Below are positions 47,455-57,708 of a stretch of DNA of 64,000 nt, piece after piece. Under the pieces are notes generated by a model. That model saw only the letters and a list, made by a program, of their open reading frames with translations. It ran no database searches and was not told the origin of the DNA. Position 1 is the first letter of the stretch. The number at the start of each line of letters is the position of its first letter. Source of the DNA: Alphaproteobacteria bacterium (lineage in GTDB: Bacteria > Pseudomonadota > Alphaproteobacteria > Rs-D84); the NCBI GenBank assembly GCA_046882065.1, contig JBKSMY010000006.1:5800-69799 (forward strand). Direction: 5' to 3'. The position numbers and the translations under genes are program-made.

Positions 47455-47745
47455 ATGGCAACAATAACAAGAAGTGATTTTGCAAACAGATTACGCGAAC
47501 GTTTTGGTTTAACAACCGCAGATGCGTATAAAATGATTGATATTGTGTTCGATGAAATCCGTGACGCATTGGTCAATGGCGAAGAAGTAAAATTTGCCGG
47601 ATTTGGCAGTTTTAAAATCTTGGAAAAAAACGCTCGTATGGGTCGCAACCCAAAGACAGGTGAAAGCGCAATTATTTCTGCACGCCGCGTCGCAACATTC
47701 CGTCCAAGCAATGAATTTCGCGATCGTGTCGCAAATAAAAATTAA
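47455..47745 (+). CDS. ihfA: integration host factor alpha subunit (HU/IHF family)
   Basis: [36 protein letters not shown] resembles IHF-alpha [36 protein letters not shown]. Confidence 0.7.
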   Translation: [96 protein letters not shown]

Positions 47746-47761
47746 AATTCAAAAATTAAAA

Positions 47762-47788
47762 ATCCCGCCAATTGGCGGGATTTTTATT
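47762..47788. terminator. bidirectional terminator between ihfA and rplI
   Basis: aaaatcccgccaattggcgggattttt. Confidence 0.6.
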
Positions 47789-47807
47789 TGTATTTAATTC
47801 AACAGAA

Positions 47808-48404
47808 TTATTCTGCATCTGCCGCGGCTTCAACAGTTTCTTCTGCTGCAACTTCTGTTGCAACCTCTGCTGCTGGTGCTTCTTCGGCAACTTCTTCTTC
47901 GACCTTTTTAGTGCCGAATGTCAAAGATTTACCTGCAACCAATGCGTTGATTTCGTCCTGAGTCTGAGCAACATAGATTTTAACAGGAACGATAACATCT
48001 GGGTGCAAAGCAATTTTTGTATCGAATGCGCCAACAGATTTAATTGGGGCACCCAACATAACCTGAGCGGATTCAACAGATACATTTGCAACTTCTTTCA
48101 ACATACGCGCAATGTCGCGTGTTGATACAGAACCGTACAACTGACCTGTGTCACCAGCCTGGCGAATCATGTGCAGTTTTGCGTTCTTGACCGCGTCAAT
48201 GTTTGCTTCTGCATTCTTTTTCACCGCTTCTTGGCGTGCCGTCAATTCAGCCTTTTTCGCTTCGAACAAGGCAACGTTTTCACGCGTGAAACGCATTGCT
48301 TTGCCGTTTGGCAACAGATAGTTGCGTGCATAACCTGTTTTAACTTCGACTGCGTCGCCGATGTTACCCAACTTGGTGATTTTTTCTGTCAAAATAACTT
48401 TCAT
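47808..48404 (-). CDS. rplI: 50S ribosomal protein L9 with acidic C-terminal extension
   Basis: MKVILTEKITKLGNIGDAVEVKTGYARNYLLP is the L9 N-domain. Gene order is rpsF-rpsR-rplI. Confidence 0.85.
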   Translation of the reverse strand: MKVILTEKITKLGNIGDAVEVKTGYARNYLLPNGKAMRFTRENVALFEAKKAELTARQEAVKKNAEANIDAVKNAKLHMIRQAGDTGQLYGSVSTRDIARMLKEVANVSVESAQVMLGAPIKSVGAFDTKIALHPDVIVPVKIYVAQTQDEINALVAGKSLTFGTKKVEEEVAEEAPAAEVATEVAAEETVEAAADAE

Positions 48405-48436
48405 TTTATCTGTCCTTATATTCTATAAGTTAGGGA

Positions 48437-48664
48437 TTAACCCAAATTGTTACGAACGAATGGCATCAAGCCCAAATGACGTGCACGCTTGATGGCAGTT
48501 GCCAATGCGCGCTGATCTTTCTGGGAAACACCGCTGATACGGGATGGCACAATCTTACCACGTTCTGTGATATAGTGTGACAATGTCTTGATGTCTTTGT
48601 AATCGATAACCTTGCCCTTTAATGGGTTTGATTTTTTACGATAAATTGCTGCACGAACTGCCAT
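48437..48664 (-). CDS. rpsR: 30S ribosomal protein S18
   Basis: [50 protein letters not shown]. Confidence 0.85.
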   Translation of the reverse strand: MAVRAAIYRKKSNPLKGKVIDYKDIKTLSHYITERGKIVPSRISGVSQKDQRALATAIKRARHLGLMPFVRNNLG

Positions 48665-49002
48665 TATTCTGCCTCCTCGGTATTCTTTTTCATCATGATA
48701 GAAGGTGTAGATGACAATTCATCAACACGAACGTTCAAGAAACGGATAACGTCTTCGTCAATGCGAGAACGACGTTCCAATTCTGTAATTTGCGCACCAG
48801 GCAATTCAATGTTTAACATAACATAGTGTGCCTTGCGATTTTTGCGGATGATATATGCCAAATTTTTCAAGCCCCAGAATTCTGTAGACTTAACATCACC
48901 ACCCAGTTCTTTGATGATTTCTGTGAATTTAGCCGCTTTTTCTTTAACCTGCGGTTCGGTCAGGTCCTGGCGGAAAACCAAGACGCTTTCATAGTAAGCC
49001 AT
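48664..49002 (-). CDS. rpsF: 30S ribosomal protein S6
   Basis: [45 protein letters not shown]. Confidence 0.85.
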   Translation of the reverse strand: MAYYESVLVFRQDLTEPQVKEKAAKFTEIIKELGGDVKSTEFWGLKNLAYIIRKNRKAHYVMLNIELPGAQITELERRSRIDEDVIRFLNVRVDELSSTPSIMMKKNTEEAE

Positions 49003-49097
49003 TTTATTTCCTTTGGTCTTAAGTCAGCCGACGACCCCATGCCGTCAGCAGGAACGTGCCTTATTATGGCAATTTATAAACAAAAATCAAGTGTTTT

Positions 49098-51329
49098 TTA
49101 TTTGCCAAACTTGCCACTGCGCGGGAAACCGACCGGAACGGTGCGACCCTGGGATGCACGCTTGCCACGCCATGGCGTCCAATCTTCCAATTTCGTGGTG
49201 CCACGACCCGTTGTCCAGCCAAATCCGTTCGCCGCGTCAAAGAACATAACATCCAGAACATATGTGCGTTCGGCATTGTATTTTTGTAAAATCACACCCT
49301 TGCCGCGGGACATTTGTGGTATTTCATCGGTTGCAAATATCAACAGTTTATCATTCGAGCCAGACATAGCCACACTGTCACCCGATACATGTACGCACAT
49401 GTGCGCAGGATTTTTTGGCTCAACATTCATAACCTGTTTGCCGTTTCGGGTTTGTGCAACACAGGCGTCGCCCGATACGATAAACCCATTACCATGACGC
49501 GAGACCAACAAGTACTTGGCATTAACATCCAGCACAAATGCGTGTACGATATCTTCGTCGGCGGCGATATCTGCCATCATGCGAACAGATTCACCGAAAC
49601 CGCGCGCAGACGGCAATTCATTCGCGGACAATGTAAACATTTTGCCAGACGAACCAAATATATTGATTTTATCAATTGACTGGGCATGGAATGCGGTTTG
49701 CAGTTCGTCACCTTCTTTGAATTTCAAATCCAACGCATTCAAATCCAGATGTCCCTTGGCCGCACGAATCCAGCCCATTGTGGACAAGATGATTGTAAGA
49801 GGTTCTTTTTCTATAAATTCGTCCGCGTTGACAACAATTTCTTCGGTTTGTTCCGCCCATGTTGTACGGCGACGCCCCAGTTTCGTTTTTTTGTCATAGG
49901 TCTTTTTAATGTCGTTGAACCACGCCTTTAACTGTTCGTTTTGCGCATCATCACTGGCCAATAATGCCTGCAACTGTTCCTGTTCTGCGCGCAAGGCAGC
50001 ATCTTCGCGCTTAATCTCCATTTCCTCTAATTTACGCAAAGAACGCAGACGGGTGTTTAATATCGCCTCGACCTGGATATCGGTCAGGTTAAATTCTGCG
50101 ATTAACACAGCCTTGGCATCGTCTTCGTTGCGAATAATTTCGATAACGCGATCCAGGTTCAGATACACAACCAGCAAACCGCCCAAAATTTCCAAACGAC
50201 GCGCAATATTATTCAAACGCCATTTTGTGCGACGCTGTAAAACTAATTTCTGGTGCGCGATAAATTCACGCAGTACATCACCAATCGGCATAACACGCGG
50301 TGCACCATGTGAATCAATCACGTTAAAGTTCATATTGAAACGATATTCCAAATCCGTTAACGCAAACAGGTGCGCCATCATTTTATCCGCCGGAATATTA
50401 CGCGTTTTCGGCGTTATAACAATACGGACATCCGTCGTAGATTCATCAACGATATCGTCAACCAATGGCAATTTCTTGGAATCAATTAAGGTCGCAATCT
50501 GTTCCACCAATTTCGTTTTCACAATACCGTACGGGATTTCGGAAATCACAACCTGCCAGCCACCGCGTTCCAGGTTTTCAATTTCCCAACGTGCGCGAAC
50601 ACGGAATGCGCCGCGACCAGTATCATAATTCTTTACAATGGTTTCAAAACTGTCAATCAATACGCCACCGGTCGGGAAATCTGGCCCAACCATTTTTTTC
50701 ATAATCTGGGCGGTCGTCGCGTCTGGTTTATCAACGACCAGATTTAAGGCATCGCAAACCTCAGCCACGTTGTGGGTCGGGATGTTTGTTGCCATACCAA
50801 CCGCAATACCCATACCGCCGTTTGCCAACAAATTCGGGAACGCGCCCGGCATTACAACAGGTTCCATTGTCGTGCCGTCAAAGTTTGGCATCATATCAAC
50901 ACTGTCTTCGTCCAGACCCTCCATAATCAACATGGCGGCTTCGGTCATTTTAGATTCTGTGTATCGATACGCCGCCTGGGGGTCACCGTCGATATTACCA
51001 AAGTTACCCTGGCCATCAATCAATGGATAGCGTACGGAAAAGTCCTGGGCCAGGCGAACCATCGCATCATACACGGACGAATCCCCGTGTGGGTGATAAT
51101 GACCCAACACGTCACCAACAACCGTCGCGCATTTGCGAAACGCGGCGTTGGGCGCTAATTTCTGGCGCAACATGGAATATAAAATACGGCGATGTACAGG
51201 CTTTAACCCGTCGCGAACGTCCGGCAAGGCACGCGATACAATCGTGCTGACCGCGTATGACAGATAGCGTTCAGACAACGCGTCTGACAACTGTTGTGAA
51301 TCAATGTTTTCAATAATTTCTTTTCCCAT
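49098..51329 (-). CDS. parC: DNA topoisomerase IV subunit A (type IIA topoisomerase A subunit; 743 aa favours ParC over GyrA)
   Basis: [54 protein letters not shown], and the active-site Tyr region AAYRYTE. Confidence 0.7.
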   Translation of the reverse strand: MGKEIIENIDSQQLSDALSERYLSYAVSTIVSRALPDVRDGLKPVHRRILYSMLRQKLAPNAAFRKCATVVGDVLGHYHPHGDSSVYDAMVRLAQDFSVRYPLIDGQGNFGNIDGDPQAAYRYTESKMTEAAMLIMEGLDEDSVDMMPNFDGTTMEPVVMPGAFPNLLANGGMGIAVGMATNIPTHNVAEVCDALNLVVDKPDATTAQIMKKMVGPDFPTGGVLIDSFETIVKNYDTGRGAFRVRARWEIENLERGGWQVVISEIPYGIVKTKLVEQIATLIDSKKLPLVDDIVDESTTDVRIVITPKTRNIPADKMMAHLFALTDLEYRFNMNFNVIDSHGAPRVMPIGDVLREFIAHQKLVLQRRTKWRLNNIARRLEILGGLLVVYLNLDRVIEIIRNEDDAKAVLIAEFNLTDIQVEAILNTRLRSLRKLEEMEIKREDAALRAEQEQLQALLASDDAQNEQLKAWFNDIKKTYDKKTKLGRRRTTWAEQTEEIVVNADEFIEKEPLTIILSTMGWIRAAKGHLDLNALDLKFKEGDELQTAFHAQSIDKINIFGSSGKMFTLSANELPSARGFGESVRMMADIAADEDIVHAFVLDVNAKYLLVSRHGNGFIVSGDACVAQTRNGKQVMNVEPKNPAHMCVHVSGDSVAMSGSNDKLLIFATDEIPQMSRGKGVILQKYNAERTYVLDVMFFDAANGFGWTTGRGTTKLEDWTPWRGKRASQGRTVPVGFPRSGKFGK

Positions 51330-51397
51330 AGCACAGGAAATTTAAAACATTTCAAAAAAAATAACAACACAAAAATTCCCCCAATTTGGGGGAAGTG

Positions 51398-52522
51398 CTA
51401 CATAGTCTTTTGATTTAATTTCAAATCCAGCATCGCATTTTTCGCCAATTCAATCTGGGGTGCGGGTATGCCAGATGTTAAAGTGGTCGCAATCGGCAGA
51501 TCCATATACATATCAGAACGATTAAAATAGCGATCGCGCGCCATGCGCACCAATGTCGTGCGTGGATATGAACGCAACATAAATGCCGGCGTTTTATCAT
51601 TCGATAAAAACGAAATCAAATCGGCAGAATCCATGGATTCAATGCGCTTTAATTCATTTGAATATTCTGCGCGGGCGATTTTGCGCGTATCGGCAGCAAA
51701 AACATTTGACGCATCATATGTCTTGAACAAATCACCAATATTTTCACGATTATGCCCGACATAGATATGACGACCCGTGGAATCGGCAACAAATTTACCC
51801 TGTTCAACCCGGCCACGCCCCAGGTACATAATCGCATGGAATTTACTGCGACTGCCGCGATAGCGGGGAACAATCAAAATAGAACCAGCATCCAGTCCGT
51901 CCGCACTGAAATTACGTTCGGCAAATTTCTTGGCATATTCAGAACGAACAGAATCAGATGTTTCGGCCGTCACACGATTACGCACCAGATATTTATCCAA
52001 CGCCGCATTGTACGCTGTGTCTGATTCATACATAACACCATTGTGGATACAGTCCGCAAATTCGGGCGTATTATATTTTTTTCCCATATGATACTTGAAA
52101 CCATCACACGATGTATGGCCACCGTGGGGGATAATTGTCAATGTATCACCCATTTCCGTCAAGGCGCGCGTCAGATGCGTATATTGCCCATAAACACAAT
52201 GCATACCCACCGGCGCACCCGGCAATTCAGCGCGCACCGCGGCACGATAACCATTGCGCCCCATCAATGGATGTAATTTTTCCTGGGCGCGCAACATGTT
52301 GGACACATATACATCGCGCAGACTGTCGGCCTTGTCATCTAAGTACATTTCGTTGACTTTGTATTCCATCGATGCGTTATACAGCACCGTTCGCGCATAT
52401 AACCCGGCCGGCAATTCCCCCAGCGCGCAATCAGAATCACGTTCATTTTGGGCGGTTGTCATACCCGGCCCCAGCATCAACGCCACGCCCGACAGAATAT
52501 ACGGCAAAGTCCATTTCCACTT
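51398..52522 (-). CDS. secreted hypothetical protein
   Basis: Signal peptide MKWKWTLPYILSGVALMLGPGMTTAQ; no recognisable domain. Confidence 0.4.
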   Translation of the reverse strand, partial: KWKWTLPYILSGVALMLGPGMTTAQNERDSDCALGELPAGLYARTVLYNASMEYKVNEMYLDDKADSLRDVYVSNMLRAQEKLHPLMGRNGYRAAVRAELPGAPVGMHCVYGQYTHLTRALTEMGDTLTIIPHGGHTSCDGFKYHMGKKYNTPEFADCIHNGVMYESDTAYNAALDKYLVRNRVTAETSDSVRSEYAKKFAERNFSADGLDAGSILIVPRYRGSRSKFHAIMYLGRGRVEQGKFVADSTGRHIYVGHNRENIGDLFKTYDASNVFAADTRKIARAEYSNELKRIESMDSADLISFLSNDKTPAFMLRSYPRTTLVRMARDRYFNRSDMYMDLPIATTLTSGIPAPQIELAKNAMLDLKLNQKTM

Positions 52523-52812
52523 CATCTTTGTCACCCTTTGGCAATCAAACAGACACAATAAACACAGATGTGTTTAACCATGTCAAATTGTTAATATTCG
52601 TTTTCTATTTTGATTGGTTCGTCACATACAAAAAAATTGCGACGTACATTCAGACAAAGAATAAAACCAATGCCCCGACTTGCCATAACATCATAAGAAC
52701 CGGCAGCCCGCCCCGTTTCCAGGGAACCAAAGTTTGTATATACAATATATGTAAATATATACCGTTTGTCAAGTCTAGTTTTGTTATTTTTTTAAAAAAA
52801 AATCCCCCAGGA

Positions 52813-52834
52813 CGGGGGATTTTGAACAAAGTCT
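52813..52834 (-). terminator. terminator after cold-shock gene (tcccccgtcctggggga + T-run on minus strand)
   Basis: Hairpin plus T8 in minus orientation just beyond the stop at 52839. Confidence 0.55.
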
Positions 52835-52838
52835 AGAT

Positions 52839-53180
52839 TTATTTTTTCCAGAACGCAAAACCACGACGAGACGATTTTTCTTCACGCTGTTTGCGATCTT
52901 CGACCGCACGTCTGCGTTCGGCACGACGTTCCTGGAAACGACGCGCTGATTCTTCGTCACGCTGGACAACCGCAATTGTTGTCGCGGATAATTTACCATT
53001 GCGAACTTCTTCTTCGAATTCGACAATGTCGTTTTCATTCAAAAATCTGATGCCTGCGGCCTTTAATGAACTGGAATGAACAAATACATCATCTGTGTTG
53101 CCGTCTGCGTTTGGGGTGTCAGGACTGATAAACCCAAAACACTTTTTACCGTTATACCATTTTACTTTTCCTTGACGCAT
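52839..53180 (-). CDS. cold-shock-domain protein with basic/acidic C-terminal extension
   Basis: MRQGKVKWYNGKKCFGFISPD..DVFVHSSSL has the CspA RNP1/RNP2 pattern. Confidence 0.7.
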   Translation of the reverse strand: MRQGKVKWYNGKKCFGFISPDTPNADGNTDDVFVHSSSLKAAGIRFLNENDIVEFEEEVRNGKLSATTIAVVQRDEESARRFQERRAERRRAVEDRKQREEKSSRRGFAFWKK

Positions 53181-53307
53181 AATCCTATCCTTTCCTTATG
53201 CTGTTATGGTTCTGCGAAGCACGTTCAGAACCTGATATAATTTTGACAGTTTTGAACATCGAAAGCAAGGGGAATAAAAATGCCCGCAAAACCTGCGGGC
53301 ATTTGGC

Positions 53308-54708
53308 TTATTTTTTGTAGTAACGCTGGACTTCGGTCATAACAAAGTTAAATAACTTGCCCGCCTGGGTGTCTGATGGCACTGCCCAATCGCGCTGCAT
53401 ATATGGCATAGCCGCAATCAAGACAAAGCGCGCCATAAAATGGAAAATACGCGATTCTTGGTGCTTGGACAATTTTGCCGGCGCGCTCTGAACATGAAAA
53501 ACTTCGTTTTCAATTGCGTCGTCTAACTTCTCGTTAATATTATCCAGAATCTTTTGCGGATAGTACAGGCGACATTCCTTGGGGAAGCCTTCGAACATCG
53601 ATACATCGTTGTTGCGCGAATATAAAATGTTCCAGCCAACACGGTCGAACAAATCCGACAGACAGTCACAAATCATAAGGTTGTATGTCTTGACGCCGTT
53701 TTCCATGTATGTTGCAAGGCGCGCTTCCATATTATCAGATTTGGCGCACTTCTTTTTACGCGCCGCTTCGTAGACATCGTGCGTCTTGCTTTCGAATTCA
53801 AAGAATGTACGAACCTGGCATATAATTTCCATTGGAATTATGTTTTCTGCATTTGGGCCGATGTTCAAAATAATCTTGGCATCGCGATAGTTGCGTGGAT
53901 TTTTCATATTATAAAACGTGTCGCGAACCGCCAAAATGCGATCTGGCATCATTTCATACAGGCGTTCAATAAACGTACGCGCCTGGGGGATTAAATCAAA
54001 CAGACATTTAACACGCCACACATCTTGCAGTCTTTTGCGTGGCGGCGCAATTTTATCAATCGCACGAACCAAATCCACCGCAATTTTTTCATGACCACGC
54101 CCGATTATGGACAACACGGTTTCAGATGCCGCACTAATGTATTTTTCAGAAAATTTTTGACGGATTTTTTCCGCAATCGCACGCGCCGACGCATCACGTT
54201 CATGCGACGCCAATACATGATACGCAGCATCCGCCACATCGTTGACATAATCTGTGTAATATTTGCCAGTAATCTTGTCCAGGGCACGATTAATATTCTT
54301 TTGCGCGCCAACAATAACCGTCACAATCGAAGACACCGCCAGGTCAACACGCTGGCCCACGGCACTGGTAAAAAACTGGTTACGCATAGGGTCGGCGTCC
54401 AGACGGTGATTTACCACATATGGCGATAACGGGTTAATGTCCGATATGCGAATTGGGGCATCAACCGCACTGTTGGTTTCATAGTCGTATTTCATAACCG
54501 CGGCCTTGGGCGCGCCAAAGCATTTGCCCAAAACATAGAACACTTCGCGAAACCAGTGCATACTGTTTGAATACAGCCCCTTTAGGTATTCGCCTGCTTC
54601 GTCATTTATGCGACCGTCGGCAATTGCACGATTTATTATTTCTTGGTTTTTCCGGTCGTTGTCGGTGGCAATATCTTGCGCCCAACTGTCCGACCCAATA
54701 TAAGACAT
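53308..54708 (-). CDS. RelA/SpoT-domain (alarmone synthetase-like nucleotidyltransferase) containing protein, tentative
   Basis: The central region DAKIILNIG..IPMEIICQVRTFFEFESKTHDVYEAARKKK resembles the synthetase-domain (h)E(I)Q(I)RT..W....H..YK block. The flanks are unassignable. Confidence 0.3.
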   Translation of the reverse strand: MSYIGSDSWAQDIATDNDRKNQEIINRAIADGRINDEAGEYLKGLYSNSMHWFREVFYVLGKCFGAPKAAVMKYDYETNSAVDAPIRISDINPLSPYVVNHRLDADPMRNQFFTSAVGQRVDLAVSSIVTVIVGAQKNINRALDKITGKYYTDYVNDVADAAYHVLASHERDASARAIAEKIRQKFSEKYISAASETVLSIIGRGHEKIAVDLVRAIDKIAPPRKRLQDVWRVKCLFDLIPQARTFIERLYEMMPDRILAVRDTFYNMKNPRNYRDAKIILNIGPNAENIIPMEIICQVRTFFEFESKTHDVYEAARKKKCAKSDNMEARLATYMENGVKTYNLMICDCLSDLFDRVGWNILYSRNNDVSMFEGFPKECRLYYPQKILDNINEKLDDAIENEVFHVQSAPAKLSKHQESRIFHFMARFVLIAAMPYMQRDWAVPSDTQAGKLFNFVMTEVQRYYKK

Positions 54709-54724
54709 TTTATCCCCCGTGTGT

Positions 54725-56200
54725 TTACTTCATTATTGGGAACAAGATTACGTCGCGCAGAGTTGGCTGGTCGAAAATAATGCTGGCCAAACGATCTACG
54801 CCAACGCCAACACCGGAAATCGGTGGGAAACCATGTTCCATTGCGCGGACAAAGTCATTGTCGGGGTTAAAGGCTTCTTCGTCGCCGTCGGCGATATTGC
54901 GCGCCTGTTCTTCGAATGCGGCCAACTGCTGAATTGGGTTGACTAATTCTGAATACCCCTTGCAGATTTCGGCACCACAGACCAACAATTGGTACATATC
55001 AATGCGGCGTTCGTCGTCGTCATTACGACGCGCCAATGGCACCATGTATGCAGGATAATTATACAAGAATGTCGGATTTACAATGTCGCCACGGATTTTA
55101 CGCTTGTACACATAGTCAACCAGGGTTGGGATTGACTTTAAATCTTCCAATTCCGACATCGGGAACATGCCAGCATCAACCAGTTTTTGACGCAAGGCAT
55201 CAACATCGTCAAAGTCCAAAATGTTGCAGCCAAAGAATTCGTTCATCTTGGCAGTATAGTCAATCATTTCATAGGACGAGAAATCCAGTTTTGTACCCTG
55301 ATATTCAATCTGCAATGTACCACGGCACTTCATCAACAATTCCTGGATTAAGTCCCATGTAAATTTGATATTGTCATTAAAGTCCCAATACGCCGCGTAC
55401 CATTCAACCATGGAAAATTCCTGCAGGTGCATGGCATCCATACCTTCGTTGCGGAAGTCTTTTGCCACTTCGTACACACGGTCAAAACCGGCACCGATTG
55501 CCTGCTTTAAGAATAATTCCGGCGAAATACGCAATTGAAAATCTGCATCCAACGCATTGTGATGTGTTGTAAACGGACGTGCCGCCGCACCCGACGCAAT
55601 ATTCTGCATAATTGGCGTTTCAATTTCCAAGAAACCGCGCGCATTCATAAAATCACGCCAGTATTGCATCATCTTGAAACGACCCAACAGCGCGTTGCGC
55701 GATTCTGGATTTGAAATAATGTCCAGATAGCGCTGACGATAGCGGGTTTCCATATCAGTCAAACCATGATATTTTTCTGGTAATGGACGCAGGGCCTTGG
55801 ACAGAATTTCGTACGCCGACACACGCACAGTCAATTCACCAGCAGTCGTGTGATACAACTCACCAGTAATGCCAACAAAATCACCCAAGTCAACGTTAGC
55901 CTTCATAAATTTGTAGTTTTCTTCCCCTAATTCTTCGCGGGACATAGAAAACTGAATCTCGCCATTAATGTCATAGATACGACCAAACATCAATTTACCC
56001 AGCCAACGCAATGCAGTCACACGCCCAGCCAGACGTACAGGCGTACCATCTGCCAATTCACGGGCATTTTCAATTGTGTGAGTACGGTCAAATTTAGCCT
56101 TCCAAACAACACCGTCGCGTGCGCGAATATTTTCTGCCTTTTGCAGGCGCGCCTGAAGTTCGTTAGTTGAAATTGGTGTGTTTGTTGTGTTTTCTGACAT
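54725..56200 (-). CDS. lysS: lysyl-tRNA synthetase, class II
   Basis: OB-fold anticodon-binding N-domain (VRLAGRVTALRWLGKLMFGRI), class-II motifs 2 and 3 (..FRNEG.. ; GVGVGVDRLASII). Confidence 0.85.
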   Translation of the reverse strand: MSENTTNTPISTNELQARLQKAENIRARDGVVWKAKFDRTHTIENARELADGTPVRLAGRVTALRWLGKLMFGRIYDINGEIQFSMSREELGEENYKFMKANVDLGDFVGITGELYHTTAGELTVRVSAYEILSKALRPLPEKYHGLTDMETRYRQRYLDIISNPESRNALLGRFKMMQYWRDFMNARGFLEIETPIMQNIASGAAARPFTTHHNALDADFQLRISPELFLKQAIGAGFDRVYEVAKDFRNEGMDAMHLQEFSMVEWYAAYWDFNDNIKFTWDLIQELLMKCRGTLQIEYQGTKLDFSSYEMIDYTAKMNEFFGCNILDFDDVDALRQKLVDAGMFPMSELEDLKSIPTLVDYVYKRKIRGDIVNPTFLYNYPAYMVPLARRNDDDERRIDMYQLLVCGAEICKGYSELVNPIQQLAAFEEQARNIADGDEEAFNPDNDFVRAMEHGFPPISGVGVGVDRLASIIFDQPTLRDVILFPIMK

Positions 56201-56480
56201 TTTTGTTTTCCTTTGTATTTATGTCGGTATAAAAAAACGGGCACCTAAAAAGTGCGCCCGCAGTTTTGTTTCTGTTGGTCGCACGTTATCAATTAAAACG
56301 TTTAATAAACAATTTCATATTCTGTGCACCCTGTTATTTTTGTTTGCCCACAGATTATATATTTGTTTCACAAAAAGTAAAGTAAAAAAACACCGATGGC
56401 AATTACTTGCCACCGGCGGCTCCCTTCCTTCTGGATTACCAGAAACTGTGTGTCCTGATGCGCAATACCATGTCGCTGTA

Positions 56481-56820
56481 TTATGCAGCCATTGCAACAC
56501 CAGACGTTAATGCACCGTCCGTTGCGTCCATTGTTCTTTTCGCTTCGGCAAAAACCATTTCTTTGACGCGCAGCGCCAATGTTTTTGTATCCATGCTTTC
56601 TGCTGCGGTATCAAAATTATCTGTACGAATCTGTAATGATACATAAGCACCAACCAAGGACGCACGGGGCAAATCCTCAATCGAACGAGGTGCATTGTTA
56701 TGACCAATTTTCAATTCATCAGCCAATGAAATAATCTGTCTGTCTTCGTTAACCCAAACTGTTGTTGTCAGGACCTGATTCAATGCAATCATAATTTCTT
56801 TAATATTCTTTGGCATGCGC
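56481..56820 (-). CDS. hypothetical protein (~112 aa from MPKNIKEIM)
   Basis: ORF followed by hairpins at 56386-56410 and 56238-56260. Confidence 0.3.
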
Positions 56821-57079
56821 TTTCCCCTCCTTCCTGGGCGAATGTTGAAAAATATCTCTATTTTTGTGTAAATACGTCGGTATTTACAAATCACAGAAAT
56901 AATCTTTTGTTTGTTATCTTGTTTTTCCCAAAAAACCGCCAAATCCGCTGATTTCCTGGGGTTTTATTTCTTTTTCCCTTGTCTATACAAACATCTTAGA
57001 ACAAAAACGAATCGGAGGTCAAGCACAAAATATAATTATTTTCATTTTATTTTAATTTTTTTAATTTTTAATAGCCAAA

Positions 57080-57127
57080 CCATAAAATACCATAAAAAAA
57101 CCATAAATTGTCATTGACAACCATAAA
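57080..57127 (+). promoter_or_regulatory. four direct repeats of CCATAAA (period 10-11, then 20 nt) flanking a TTGACA box: candidate MraZ operator/promoter
   Basis: ccataaaata ccataaaaaaa ccataaattgtcattgacaa ccataaattcc lies ~75 nt upstream of mraZ. MraZ proteins bind short direct repeats with ~10-bp period. Confidence 0.4.
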
Positions 57128-57200
57128 TTCCCGTGCTACATTCATCGTGAAGCAGGAAAGAAAAACCGGGGAAAAGGCCCTAAAATAAGAAGTTCATAAA

Positions 57201-57650
57201 ATGTCATTGTTTCTCTCATCTTATGAAAATCGTTTGGATACCAAGGGACGCGTTTCGGTACCGGCCTCTTTCCGTGCTTCGGTTGCAAATGAAAAATTCG
57301 CTGGCGTTGTATTGTTTCGTTCCTTTACACACAATTGTATCGAAGGTATGACGATGTCCCGCATGGAACAGATGGCCGCCGCAACTGATAAAATGGGCGT
57401 ATTCGACAGCGAACTGGACGATTTAACGGCAATGTTGTTCGCAGACGCACGCGAATTAGCGTTTGACGTGACCGGACGTATCGTAATACCAGCAGACATG
57501 TTAAAACACGCTGGCATTACTGGCACCGCAATATTCGTTGGACGTGGGAACAGTTTCCAAATATGGAACCCAGACGCATTCCGTGCCGCCCAGGAACAAG
57601 CATTAAAAAATCTGCGCAACGCACGACCAAATCTGAAAATCGGCGAATAA
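57201..57650 (+). CDS. mraZ: transcriptional regulator MraZ
   Basis: MSLFLSSYENRLDTKGRVSVPASFR plus a second SpoVT/AbrB-like half (TGRIVIPADMLKHAGI). Confidence 0.8.
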   Translation: MSLFLSSYENRLDTKGRVSVPASFRASVANEKFAGVVLFRSFTHNCIEGMTMSRMEQMAAATDKMGVFDSELDDLTAMLFADARELAFDVTGRIVIPADMLKHAGITGTAIFVGRGNSFQIWNPDAFRAAQEQALKNLRNARPNLKIGE

Positions 57651-57683
57651 AAAAATTACAGTTTCCTTTCTTGAAAACAAAAA

Positions 57684-57708
57684 ATCCCGCGTTTGCGGGA
57701 TTTTTTTA
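57684..57708. terminator. bidirectional terminator between mraZ and plsX (tcccgcgtttgcggga + T7)
   Basis: Hairpin seen directly. Confidence 0.6.

Noticed and set aside
49314-51250. Several 75-240-aa plus-strand ORFs inside parC, and similar ones inside rpoC (59130-63046), the Cys-rich gene (33040-33909) and the repeat-protein gene (2514-3182)
   Set aside because: These are shadow ORFs antisense to long genes that have clear motifs, and none has an RBS or a recognisable domain.
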